Shown here: piece by piece, positions 1-9,007 of the stretch
How positions within the stretch are numbered: position 1 is the first letter of the stretch
Layout of the letters: every line of letters begins with the position of its first letter
Assembly: GCA_964354795.1 (NCBI GenBank)
Contig: CAYHBB010000037.1
Coordinates: 110,197-174,196, forward strand
DNA length: 64,000 nucleotides
Reading direction: 5' to 3'
From: an uncultured Planctomycetales bacterium
GTDB taxonomy: Bacteria; Omnitrophota; Gorgyraeia; Gygaellales; Profunditerraquicolaceae
Made by a program: the position numbers and the translations under genes
Notes under the pieces: generated by a model
What the model was told of the DNA's origin: nothing
What the model saw: only the letters and a program-made list of their open reading frames with translations
Databases searched by the model: none

Positions 1-800
1 AAACCGAACAATAAAGCGTTTTTAAAGCTGGACTTTCTATGCAGGTTGATCAGGAAATTTAAGGATATCAGGAACCAGGCACATACCATGATATCTACGT
101 ATGCAATATTCATCTGCTTAAAATAATTCGGGGTGACCGTCATCAGCAGCGCGGCAAAAAACGAATATTCCTGCGAAACACACATCTTACGGCTTAGCTT
201 ATATATGCTTAAAGCAGCCATTGCAAAAAAAGGCAGTTGCCCAAGATCCGCCAGGAATACGCTCTTAAAGGGAAAAATAAGCCATAGGTAGATCAGGCTA
301 CCGTTTATAGGAAAGTAAGACGGGCAGGGATTGTCACCGATGACTATCGGAACATCCAGATTTGCGGACTTAAGCCACTCAACAGCAAAGGTAAAGTGAT
401 AATTAAGACTGTCCCAGCCAAAAGGCGCATTAGCCAGGTTGATGACGATCTTGACCAAGGTAAAAGCAATCACCCCGCAGATAAAGAAAATAATGAATTT
501 ATTCTCCGAAAAACCCTTTACCGCCTGAGCAAGGTTTCCAGAGATCTGCTGAGGCCCGATGACCTTAACCCCAGGAATAAACAACAATACCAACATGGCA
601 AGCGCGTTGATCAGATATAGGTTCTCGATACGCAAAACACCAAACATCCCCAAAACCTGCTGGGTAATGACAATATATGAGAAATAAAGAAGCGCGCTGG
701 CAATTACCCTATCCCCTGCCTCAAGGTAATAAAAAAACCGGCGGGTTAGTTCATGCGCAAGCAAAATCACCGGAAAGTTTAATAAGATTAACGCGATCAT
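1..800 (-). CDS. Polytopic membrane protein, 5' part only (ATG at 800-798; runs off the window at position 1). Hydrophobic GT-C/ArnT-like glycan-locus membrane protein.
   Basis: I translated the minus strand by eye: an uninterrupted ~266-codon frame starting MIALILLNFPVILLAHELTRRFFYYLEAGD..., rich in hydrophobic segments. The ATG overlaps the TGA stop of the downstream methyltransferase gene (ATGA). The gene is absent from the supplied ORF track, probably because it is truncated by the window edge. The 74-aa ORF 396-620 (+) lies antisense inside it. Confidence 0.5.
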   Translation of the reverse strand, partial: MIALILLNFPVILLAHELTRRFFYYLEAGDRVIASALLYFSYIVITQQVLGMFGVLRIENLYLINALAMLVLLFIPGVKVIGPQQISGNLAQAVKGFSENKFIIFFICGVIAFTLVKIVINLANAPFGWDSLNYHFTFAVEWLKSANLDVPIVIGDNPCPSYFPINGSLIYLWLIFPFKSVFLADLGQLPFFAMAALSIYKLSRKMCVSQEYSFFAALLMTVTPNYFKQMNIAYVDIMVCAWFLISLNFLINLHRKSSFKNALLFG

Positions 801-1510
801 TTCTTTAGCACCGCCATGTAATGCACGCCGAATTTACGGAAAAATATCCGCTCGCAGAAATCATTTACCCTGCCAAAACTTTTAAACATAAACTTGGGGA
901 TTATGTGAGGGAAAAAAGTATAGTAATGGATTTCCACGACTTTAAACAAACCCTGGCGCAGAAGGTTTTGAGGAGAAACCCAGTTCTCTCCCCCGAATTT
1001 ATCGATCTTATTGGTAAGTGGAAAAATGTAATTAAGGAATACCCTGAACAGAAAAAAGGTGTTTAACTCATGAATGATCAACAGGCCGCCTTTTTTAAGT
1101 ATGCGATGCGCCTGAGCCAAAGCCGAGTTTAACTGCGCGTTATCTCTTAGATGATGCAGGCTGTTCACGCAATAAACGAAATCAAAACTCTCTCGCTCAA
1201 AATTAAGCGCTAAGATGTCCCCCTGCCTGATCAGCGCTAAATTACTTGAATTATGCCTTTTAGCTTCTTCGACTAATGACGCGGAATTATCTATCCCCGT
1301 CATTTCATAGCCGCATTCCGCAAAATTCCTAACATACCAGCCTGTGCCACAGCCAAGATCCATACCTTTACCTTTACCTATCCCGTATTTCTTTAACGCC
1401 GCAACAGTGAGCCTTGTTTTTTTGGCAAGCAGGAATACCCTGATATGTTCAGGAAGCTGCTCATCATAAGTGGAAGCAATAGTATCAAAATGGATATATT
1501 GATCTTGCAT
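797..1510 (-). CDS. Class I SAM-dependent methyltransferase
   Basis: Glycine-rich SAM-binding motif DLGCGTGW, acidic residue after beta-2, and the Methyltransf_11/25-like layout ...FDFVYCVNSLHHL...LKKGGLLII. Confidence 0.8.
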   Translation of the reverse strand: MQDQYIHFDTIASTYDEQLPEHIRVFLLAKKTRLTVAALKKYGIGKGKGMDLGCGTGWYVRNFAECGYEMTGIDNSASLVEEAKRHNSSNLALIRQGDILALNFERESFDFVYCVNSLHHLRDNAQLNSALAQAHRILKKGGLLIIHELNTFFLFRVFLNYIFPLTNKIDKFGGENWVSPQNLLRQGLFKVVEIHYYTFFPHIIPKFMFKSFGRVNDFCERIFFRKFGVHYMAVLKK

Positions 1511-1519
1511 ATAAGAAGC

Positions 1520-2206
1520 CTACGGCTTGCAGACAGCGATAAAGTCTAATGAATCTTCAAGGTTATCCGGCGCAATCTTAAAACTCTCTGGGCCTGCGTT
1601 AATATAAAGCTGTTTTAGTAAACCAATTTTCTTAAGCCGGTGAAAAAAATTAAGCCGCGCCGTGCGTTTAAGCCCGACAATACGCACAGAGCCGTAATAT
1701 TTCTCTAATAAATCCTTAAATTCCTGAAAAGTGTATTCCTTCACATGGAACTTATTCGCGGGAGTAGACTGGCCTGGAGAGGAATCTTTGATATTGCAGG
1801 TTGAGACTATAAATATGCCGTTAGCGGTAAGTAGGACGCGGATATTCTTCAAAAACGATTCTGTGTCAGCCAGATGCTCAATTACCTGAAAACAGCATAT
1901 CACCTCAAATTTATCTGAGATTGTATGCAAGTTCTTTACATCAAGCTGACGGTAGTTGAGATTAGCTTTAGGGTATTTTGACCGTGCGTACTGAACAACC
2001 TCAGCGCTATAATCCAAGCCGGTCACGCTCTTTGCTACGCCGGAAAGATAATGGCTGCCGTATCCGTCTCCGCTTCCAATATCAAGCACAAACTTGCCGG
2101 AACAATAATCTAAGGCGTACTGGTAGGCGCGCAAGTGCCGCGCGATCATCAGGGGGGTTTCTTTTTCTAGTAGGATTCTCTCTCCGGTATTTGAAATTTC
2201 GGTCAT
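1520..2206 (-). CDS. Class I SAM-dependent methyltransferase
   Basis: Motif I VLDIGSGDGYGSHYL, motif post-I GLDYS, and ...FEVICCFQVIEHL...LLTANGIFIVS. Confidence 0.8.
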   Translation of the reverse strand: MTEISNTGERILLEKETPLMIARHLRAYQYALDYCSGKFVLDIGSGDGYGSHYLSGVAKSVTGLDYSAEVVQYARSKYPKANLNYRQLDVKNLHTISDKFEVICCFQVIEHLADTESFLKNIRVLLTANGIFIVSTCNIKDSSPGQSTPANKFHVKEYTFQEFKDLLEKYYGSVRIVGLKRTARLNFFHRLKKIGLLKQLYINAGPESFKIAPDNLEDSLDFIAVCKP

Positions 2207-2967
2207 TTAATCTCAGTTAGCTTTACGCTATTGAGAAAACCGCCGGCGAGTATCTTGATCAAAACAGGAGTATTGTCTGAACCGTTCTTTAACAACACTA
2301 TATCGACCTTGGATTTATGGTAGGGGTTCTTATCCTTCCTGCGGATAGTCGACTTTACGATATAGATCCTATACGCCTTGCCTTTGATCAAAATGTCTTT
2401 GGGCTCTACGGTCCCCTCAAAAATATAATTCTTCTGGTTAGTGTTGACGCTAAACTCAATATTCTTGGCCTTGTCCAAATCCATCCTGCGGATATTAGCT
2501 ATCAAAGTCAGATGGTCCTGAGTATTGGGGAATATCTGGCGGCTTATGCCTGCTACGGTTATAGTGCCTTTCTCCTGATCATAGACAGCTTCCCGGTAAA
2601 GATCCTGTTTGCCGGTGACTACGATCTTTTGCTTATACTCAAGGACATTGAAATTACCCCGGTCCATGTAGGAATCAAAAATAGCGTAGGCGCTAAAGAG
2701 CTTGGAAAGATAGTCGAGATTTTTTACGGTTGCTGTCAAGTGATATACCTGCTTTCCTTTAAAATCCTCTTCCTTAGGAACGCCAATAGTCGCCTCTGCC
2801 ATGGGAACCAGGCTTAAAAGATAGGCCCTGAATTTCAGCTCTCCTGACTGCTGCAGCTGATCTTTTTCAATAAGGTTAGATATGGCGGATTTATAGTCTA
2901 GATTACGAGAGGAAACAAACCATAGAAGCAAAACAACGGCAAGTATGATAAAAAATAACTTTTTCAT
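2203..2967 (-). CDS. Hypothetical exported/membrane-anchored protein
   Basis: N-terminal signal/anchor MKKLFFIILAVVLLLWFVSS with no recognisable catalytic motif. RBS GGGTAAGGAGAAAG lies upstream of the ATG. Confidence 0.55.
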   Translation of the reverse strand: MKKLFFIILAVVLLLWFVSSRNLDYKSAISNLIEKDQLQQSGELKFRAYLLSLVPMAEATIGVPKEEDFKGKQVYHLTATVKNLDYLSKLFSAYAIFDSYMDRGNFNVLEYKQKIVVTGKQDLYREAVYDQEKGTITVAGISRQIFPNTQDHLTLIANIRRMDLDKAKNIEFSVNTNQKNYIFEGTVEPKDILIKGKAYRIYIVKSTIRRKDKNPYHKSKVDIVLLKNGSDNTPVLIKILAGGFLNSVKLTEIK

Positions 2968-2971
2968 CTTT

Positions 2972-3062
2972 CTCCTTACCCCACAGGGGTAGGCCTTACT
3001 GTCCTATAAGTAAGGGCCTTATCCAGAGGGTTAGGCCTTACTATCCTATAAAGTAAGGGCCT
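2972..3062 (-). repeat. GC-clamp hairpin repeats (TACCCC-ACA-GGGGTAGGCCTT + GGCCTTACT...AGTAAGGGCC, second hairpin duplicated). Member of a hairpin family also present at 48096-48560.
   Basis: The near-identical 45-nt sequence TTACCCCACAGGGGTAGGCCTT(A/C)CT...GGGCCTTA occurs at 2972 and ~48165, with compensatory changes in the second stem. It lies between the SxtK-like stop and the next gene start. Confidence 0.7.
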
Positions 3063-3218
3063 AGAAAAGTGTATAGATAAACGGAGCGACTGCGCTGCCC
3101 TGCGAAAGGAATATCAAAATGCCCAGCAACAGCAAAACTATGATGATCGGCGCAAGCCACCATTTCTTCCTTACCCGCAGGAACTGCCAAAATTCATTGA
3201 TAATTGAAAGCTTTCCCA
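3063..3218 (-). CDS. SxtK-like small membrane protein (51 aa), unannotated in the ORF track
   Basis: Minus-strand ORF MGKLSIINEFWQFLRVRKKWWLAPIIIVLLLLGILIFLSQGSAVAPFIYTLF*. The ATG sits immediately after the SxtJ-like stop. The EFWQFL.RKKWW...APFIYTLF pattern matches, from my recollection of the family, the tiny protein that accompanies SxtI/SxtJ-type carbamoyltransferase modules. Confidence 0.6.
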
Positions 3219-3620
3219 TTAAAATTGCCTTTCGTAATTTAAAGGATTAAAATGTGTTTTTTCTTTGGGCTTCCAGTAAGAATCTTTATCTTTCTGTAGT
3301 CCCCTATCCAGCAAATCTATTCTAAATATTTTAATACCAATACCTATCGGTGTAAAGAACAAATAAAACAAGATACATAGGATTATGCGGGTATTGATCC
3401 AGCCTAAAACAATGGCAAATTTCATCCAGATTATATACACCCATTTTAATGAGCTGGGGAGGACCAAGGAAATAAACAAGAATGCAGCGGAGATCGCAGA
3501 AACCGGCATTGGGCTATGCCTATGCTTAAAAGAAATAACCAGCGCAATGACCGCAAAAGCAGCGCTCATGGTAATCCCAAACTTCCTTAGGTTTTTTTTG
3601 CTAAAATTTAACTTTTCCAT
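3219..3620 (-). CDS. SxtJ-family small membrane protein
   Basis: 133 aa with 3-4 transmembrane segments, immediately downstream of a carbamoyltransferase. This is the typical SxtJ-like arrangement. Confidence 0.6.
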   Translation of the reverse strand: MEKLNFSKKNLRKFGITMSAAFAVIALVISFKHRHSPMPVSAISAAFLFISLVLPSSLKWVYIIWMKFAIVLGWINTRIILCILFYLFFTPIGIGIKIFRIDLLDRGLQKDKDSYWKPKEKTHFNPLNYERQF

Positions 3621-3622
3621 AT

Positions 3623-5434
3623 TTAATCCAGCTCAAATTCCTTCTGCCAGGCAGAATCTTTCTCAAGAGGCTTCTGCTCAAGTTTATCCAGCATGATACT
3701 ACCCATCACCAGATAATCCATCTCTGTACGCATAAAGCACCTGAAAGCGTCTTCAGGCGTGCAAACCAGTGGCTCTCCCCTGACATTGAATGAAGTGTTA
3801 ATGATCACCGGACAGCCGGTCAAATCAAAAAAAGCTTTGATCATATCGTAATAAAGCGGGTTGTCTTCTCGCTTGACTGTCTGAACTCGGGCAGAATAAT
3901 CCACATGCGTGACTGCCGGGATCTGGGACCTGCGGAGTTTCAGCTTATCAAATCCCGCTGCCTTATCCTCAACCCGCAGGCATTTATCTCCGCTTACAGG
4001 AGAAACCAACAACATGTAAGGGCTTTCTTCCTCCATCTCAAACCACTCAGCCACCTCTTCTCTTAATACCGTCGGAGCAAATGGCCGGAATGACTCGCGG
4101 TACTTGATCTTTAAGTTCATGCGCGACTGCATCTCGGGACTGCGCGCATCTCCGATGATACTGCGGGCTCCCAGAGCCCGCGGACCAAACTCCATCCTAC
4201 CCTGAAACCAACCGATAACATTACCTTCATCGATCAACTGAGCGGTCTTTTCGGCTATCTCGGGATAGGACATTCTCTTATAAGAAATATTTTCTTTCTT
4301 TAAGAATGCTTCAATATATTCATCGCTATAATGGGGTCCGAGTAAAGAAGCATGCTGAAAATCCTTTTTGTCATCTGCCTGGCGCTTATTCCCCAGATAT
4401 CTATACCACCCTACCAATGCCGCACCCAAAGCACCTCCCGCATCTCCGCTTGCCGGCTGGATCCAAATCTCTTTAAACGGGCCCTCGCGTAGAATCTTTC
4501 CGTTTCCTACACAGTTAAGCGCCACCCCTCCGGCAAGGCAAAGCTTGTCCTGCTTAGTGACTTCATGCACATGATGCGCCATCTTCAACATTATTTCTTC
4601 GGTGACTTTCTGGATAGAAGCAGCGATATCCATATCTTTTTGGGAGATTTTAGTTTCAGGTCTTCTGGGTGCACCACCAAACAGCCTCTCAAATCTCCAG
4701 TTGGTCATACGCATACCGTAGCAATAGCCAAAATATTTCATATTCAGCTTAAATGACCCGTCTTTTTTGAGGTCAAGCAGCTTATCTTTAATCAAATCCA
4801 CATATTTAGACTCGCCATACGGAGCCAGGCCCATTAATTTGTATTCACCGGAATTAACCTTAAATCCAGTGTAGTAGGTAAAAGCGGAATACAACAAACC
4901 CAGAGAATGTGGGAAACGCAGATCCTTCAACATCTCAATTTCATTATCTTTGCCCACGCCAAAACTTGCAGTCTCCCACTCCCCTACTCCATCCAAAGTC
5001 AAGAATGCCGCTTCCTTAAAAGGCGATGGGTAAAATGCGCTAGCCGCGTGCGACTCGTGATGCCCGGCAAAAATAATCTTACCCTTATATCCCGTTAGCT
5101 CTTCCCTGATCACATCAGGGATCCAAATCTTCTGCTTAAGCCATAAAGGCATGGCCTGAATAAATTGTCTGATTCCCGTCGGAGCATAGGTGAGAGATGT
5201 TTCAAGTATACGTTCAAACTTAATAAACGGCTTCTCGTAGAAAACAATTACATCCAAATCGCTGATCTTGATCTTACCTTCCTGCAGGCACCAATTAATA
5301 GAGTGAATTGGAAAACGGAAATCGTGCTTCTTACGGCTAAAGCGCTCTTCCTGCGCCGCGGCGACAATCCTGCCGTCCTGCACAAAGCAAGCCGCGCTAT
5401 CGTGATAAAATGCTGAAATTCCAAGAATATTCAT
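3623..5434 (-). CDS. Carbamoyltransferase (NodU/CmcH/SxtI family)
   Basis: 603 aa. N-terminus MNILGISAFYHDSAACFVQDGRIVAAAQEERFSRKKHDFRFP is diagnostic of carbamoyltransferase N-domains, and there is a YrdC/HypF-like C-terminal half. Confidence 0.85.
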   Translation of the reverse strand: MNILGISAFYHDSAACFVQDGRIVAAAQEERFSRKKHDFRFPIHSINWCLQEGKIKISDLDVIVFYEKPFIKFERILETSLTYAPTGIRQFIQAMPLWLKQKIWIPDVIREELTGYKGKIIFAGHHESHAASAFYPSPFKEAAFLTLDGVGEWETASFGVGKDNEIEMLKDLRFPHSLGLLYSAFTYYTGFKVNSGEYKLMGLAPYGESKYVDLIKDKLLDLKKDGSFKLNMKYFGYCYGMRMTNWRFERLFGGAPRRPETKISQKDMDIAASIQKVTEEIMLKMAHHVHEVTKQDKLCLAGGVALNCVGNGKILREGPFKEIWIQPASGDAGGALGAALVGWYRYLGNKRQADDKKDFQHASLLGPHYSDEYIEAFLKKENISYKRMSYPEIAEKTAQLIDEGNVIGWFQGRMEFGPRALGARSIIGDARSPEMQSRMNLKIKYRESFRPFAPTVLREEVAEWFEMEEESPYMLLVSPVSGDKCLRVEDKAAGFDKLKLRRSQIPAVTHVDYSARVQTVKREDNPLYYDMIKAFFDLTGCPVIINTSFNVRGEPLVCTPEDAFRCFMRTEMDYLVMGSIMLDKLEQKPLEKDSAWQKEFELD

Positions 5435-5436
5435 GA

Positions 5437-7224
5437 TTACTGTTCTACCTTTGACTCTTTAGGCTGGGCAATAACCTCATACACATCAATGGGTCCGGTT
5501 TCCCGCACGCACCTGATATCCGAATCAGGACAGCTCTCAACAGGAAAAGTATTTACAAATTTTAGTCCGGGATTACTATTTATCCTCGCCACTTCTTCTT
5601 TATCCTCGGTCAATTCTGTCTTTAAGTAATCACCCTTGTGCACCAATACATACTTTACCCCTAACCACTTCAACCTCGCTGCAGCACCCGGATCAGACAA
5701 CTTAGCTACTGTATGAGCAACCTTATTAGCATAGGTTCCCGGAACGGTATAGTTGATCATTTTCTTTTCATGAGTCACCTGATAAAAACGATACATCTCA
5801 TTAGGAGCATCCTGATCCAGCGGATATTCCGCTATAACTGAATCTTTAGGCTGATCTTTAAGCCAATAATACACCTGAGGCACTCTGGAAAGATCTATAA
5901 CCTTAAAAGGAGGATAATTCCAGAATTCAAAAAGCAACAGAAAGGAACAAAGTAAAACCAATCCAGCTTTAGACTTTCTGGTCTTAAAGCTATACAACAA
6001 AAACTTAAGCCCAAAACCCGCCAATACGCTCACCGCGAACATCACCACAATCCCAAACCTGCAATAAGCCCTAAAGGCCGGCAAAATCTGATGGATAAAA
6101 AACGCCGGCATATAAATCTTGATATTCCCTATCTTCCACCACGGAGGTTGTGAGAAAAACCATGCAATCAATGCTAAAAAGACAAAGTATCCGACGTAAA
6201 ACCTGTCTCCTGAATTCTCTCCTCTTTTACGCCTACGAAATGCGATGAAAGCCAGAACAAGCGGCACCCACCCCAAGTAAAGCGTATGCTCGGTAAAACT
6301 TGCTCCGTAAAGCTCCGTACCCACAAATTGCTCAGTAAACCCTCCGAACAAAGGATGCACCACCGCGGGAAGTATATAACTAAGCGGTCGAGCTGACTGG
6401 TCAAATAAATCCTCAAAAGGCCGGTTGTAAACATTAAACGCCGAAGGAGCCATGCCTTTGGAAGCCAGCATTCCTTTAGCCACGGAAATAATCTGGGGAA
6501 GCATAACCAGACAAAATATTAAAAAAGCGAATATAGCCGCTTTTATAAGCTTCTGATTTTTATTAGAAACAAGTGTTTTATTTCTTAATTCCCGTAAAAA
6601 AAAGAATAGAGAAAATAAAACCAAAACCAAACCGGCATACAGGAAATTAAACCCTATGGACATAGAGATTATGCCTAACGAGAATACTAACATACGCTTT
6701 TTTGTGACCTCCGAGGACAGAAGCGCAAAGCCGTATAATGCAAAAGGGATAACCCAGATATATGTATCTCCCAAATGCTGCCAGGTGCGCACAAACATAT
6801 AAGGACAGAATGCAAAAGCAATCCCCGAAAAAAACGCGGATATTCTGTTTTTTGAAACAAAATAAACAAAAGAATAAGCGAAAAAAGCGGCGAGAAAAAA
6901 ATTAACCAATACCTGCAAGTTATAGGTTAGTATGGGGGTAGTCAGGATCGCCAACAGGTAATTTACGCCAAGCCAGATAAAACCAATCTTCTTATAAAGC
7001 TCAACGCCAAAGGGATAAGAAATAAAATCAGTCTTTATTAAGGCAAGATGATTGACAGAGGCAAACTTATTAAACCACCCGGCCCAAGGAATCGAGAATG
7101 ACTCGTCAGAAGAGAAAAAACCGGGCACGTGATCCGTAACCTTAAAAAATAGCGGATACGTCATCGCGATTTCAAGTAAAATAAAAATAATTAAAATGTA
7201 TACAGTCTTTTTCATCCCCACCAC
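5437..7224 (-). CDS. Large polytopic membrane protein (>=10 TM + C-terminal soluble domain); putative glycan polymerase / GT-C-type transferase
   Basis: 595 aa, hydrophobic over about 400 aa. The likely start is MKKTVYIL (M4, ~7215), overlapping the upstream stop as ATGA. Confidence 0.45.
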   Translation of the reverse strand: MVGMKKTVYILIIFILLEIAMTYPLFFKVTDHVPGFFSSDESFSIPWAGWFNKFASVNHLALIKTDFISYPFGVELYKKIGFIWLGVNYLLAILTTPILTYNLQVLVNFFLAAFFAYSFVYFVSKNRISAFFSGIAFAFCPYMFVRTWQHLGDTYIWVIPFALYGFALLSSEVTKKRMLVFSLGIISMSIGFNFLYAGLVLVLFSLFFFLRELRNKTLVSNKNQKLIKAAIFAFLIFCLVMLPQIISVAKGMLASKGMAPSAFNVYNRPFEDLFDQSARPLSYILPAVVHPLFGGFTEQFVGTELYGASFTEHTLYLGWVPLVLAFIAFRRRKRGENSGDRFYVGYFVFLALIAWFFSQPPWWKIGNIKIYMPAFFIHQILPAFRAYCRFGIVVMFAVSVLAGFGLKFLLYSFKTRKSKAGLVLLCSFLLLFEFWNYPPFKVIDLSRVPQVYYWLKDQPKDSVIAEYPLDQDAPNEMYRFYQVTHEKKMINYTVPGTYANKVAHTVAKLSDPGAAARLKWLGVKYVLVHKGDYLKTELTEDKEEVARINSNPGLKFVNTFPVESCPDSDIRCVRETGPIDVYEVIAQPKESKVEQ

Positions 7225-8222
7225 GGACTCAATAACTGACTATTAATAATACAGTCCCCACATACCGGGTTTCCATTGAACACCCCTTCAAGATGCTGCT
7301 TACGGATATCCGCCAAATTCTTGCCCCGCCAAATATCCATAATCTTCTCTTTTACGGCATCCCCTAACTGGACCCTGGTCTCATAATCCTGGCAACACAA
7401 AGCTACTTTACCGTCAAAAGCAACATAAAGAGTCGACCAAAGGTTATAGCAGGGGAACTTCACCAAATGGAAATTGCGGGGAAGATTGTTACTGATATTG
7501 CTCCCCGGCCAATTGAAAATATTCATGAAAATATTCACCTTTTCAACGCTTTTTTTATACTTCTTAATAAACCTGTGCAGATCGCTTTTATTGACATCAA
7601 AATCCTTGAATCTTACCTCGATCTCCGGCTTACTGCTCTTTAATTCTTTCTTTAAAGCGATCAGAGCGTCTATATTCTTTACCACGTCCGGAAACTTATC
7701 GCTGGGTGAGGCAGACCCGGGAGTCTTATGAAGCTGGCCATACACCTCAGGAGATGCGGCATCGATACTGATATAAAGCCGGTCCAAACCCACCTTTATA
7801 AGCCCTTCGGCAATATCCCGAGTCAAAAGCGTACCATTAGTCACACAGTGGACACTTTTAATACCGCTAGCCTTGGCATAGCTGACCTTGGCAAGATAAT
7901 CCTTATCCAGAAGCGGCTCTCCGAAGCCCTGGATCAATACATTTGGAACCTTTTCTTTAGCACACTGGTCAATGACGGACTTAAACAACGCTTCTGCCAT
8001 AATACCGCGCTTTCTTTTCATGGACTCATTGGGGCAGAAAATGCAAGAAAGATTACAAAGGTTAGAATTCTCTACAATCACAAAACTGGGGCATTTTTCC
8101 AGCTGCGGTATTTTTTTGCGCACATTACTTTGGTATAAAGAGCGATATACCGGATTACCCGTTATCAAAGGTGAACCGAGTAGAAAATAGGAGAGTTTCT
8201 TTAATCTATAAAAAGAATTCAT
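7212..8222 (-). CDS. Radical SAM / SPASM-domain protein
   Basis: CNLSCIFC (CxxxCxxC) near the N-terminus and a Cys-rich C-terminus CCQDYETRV...CGDCI. Confidence 0.8.
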   Translation of the reverse strand: MNSFYRLKKLSYFLLGSPLITGNPVYRSLYQSNVRKKIPQLEKCPSFVIVENSNLCNLSCIFCPNESMKRKRGIMAEALFKSVIDQCAKEKVPNVLIQGFGEPLLDKDYLAKVSYAKASGIKSVHCVTNGTLLTRDIAEGLIKVGLDRLYISIDAASPEVYGQLHKTPGSASPSDKFPDVVKNIDALIALKKELKSSKPEIEVRFKDFDVNKSDLHRFIKKYKKSVEKVNIFMNIFNWPGSNISNNLPRNFHLVKFPCYNLWSTLYVAFDGKVALCCQDYETRVQLGDAVKEKIMDIWRGKNLADIRKQHLEGVFNGNPVCGDCIINSQLLSPWWG

Positions 8223-8933
8223 TTAAGCCTTAAGCAATTTGTGGCAGCAGATAGCGTAAAGGTCATTTCTGGCATCAATCGACTCTGCCTCCATCCTTGA
8301 GCACTCATACCAATCTCCGGCATCATCCTGTAGATAGTAAGCTTCCTCAGAAAGCGTAAGCCCGGCCTCAATACGCCTTAGCCATGCAAAATCATAAACC
8401 CGGCAATCAGGCCGGATGATCTTCGCCTTGCCAAAAGGAACGGTTATTATCACCACGCCTCCCGGCTTAGTGATCCTTCTCATCTGGGCCAGGGCCTTAC
8501 AATCGCTATCCATATCCTCATCCATCCCATACCTGCCTGATAAACCTATATGCTCCACTGTAGAAGTAGAGATCACCGCGTCAAAAGTATTATCGGCAAG
8601 GACACATTTCCTAATGTCTCCTTTAAAAAACTGAAAGTTAGGAAAACTCAACCTGTTGGTAATGGCGTACTCGCGCACATCCATACCCTGCACCTGATAT
8701 CCGAACCCGGCAAGCAACAAGGGAAAATAACTTCCAGCAGACCCGACATCCAGTATCCTCGCCGGAGGCTTGGGAAGATTCCTAACTATAAAAGGATACT
8801 CCACATACCTGTCAGTTGGCCTTAACGGCTCTTTCCCAAATTGATTGGGAAAGATCTTCTGAAAGAGCTTGATTCCCGCTAAGCTAAGTGTGCGATAAAG
8901 CTTTTCCTTAATTCTAATCTTTTCTTTTCCCAT
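8223..8933 (-). CDS. SAM-dependent methyltransferase-like protein (paralog of 10639-11304)
   Basis: ILDVGSAGSYFPLLLAGFGYQVQGMDV and ...VISTSTVEHIG...ITKPGGVVIITVPFGK, with co-linear similarity to the 10639-11304 product. Confidence 0.65.
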   Translation of the reverse strand: MGKEKIRIKEKLYRTLSLAGIKLFQKIFPNQFGKEPLRPTDRYVEYPFIVRNLPKPPARILDVGSAGSYFPLLLAGFGYQVQGMDVREYAITNRLSFPNFQFFKGDIRKCVLADNTFDAVISTSTVEHIGLSGRYGMDEDMDSDCKALAQMRRITKPGGVVIITVPFGKAKIIRPDCRVYDFAWLRRIEAGLTLSEEAYYLQDDAGDWYECSRMEAESIDARNDLYAICCHKLLKA

Positions 8934-9007
8934 ACTATTTACTGGCTATGCATAAATGGCCGCTATCATAATAAGAAATACCGATATTCTTTTATCGCAC
9001 CATATTA

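Noticed and set aside
396-620. 74-aa plus-strand ORF in the first 800 nt
   Set aside because: It lies entirely antisense to a longer, uninterrupted minus-strand membrane-protein frame that is translationally coupled to the downstream methyltransferase gene. It is most likely spurious.
2317-2817. 166-aa plus-strand ORF
   Set aside because: It is antisense within the 254-aa exported-protein gene. It has no RBS or motif, and its composition is typical of a shadow ORF.
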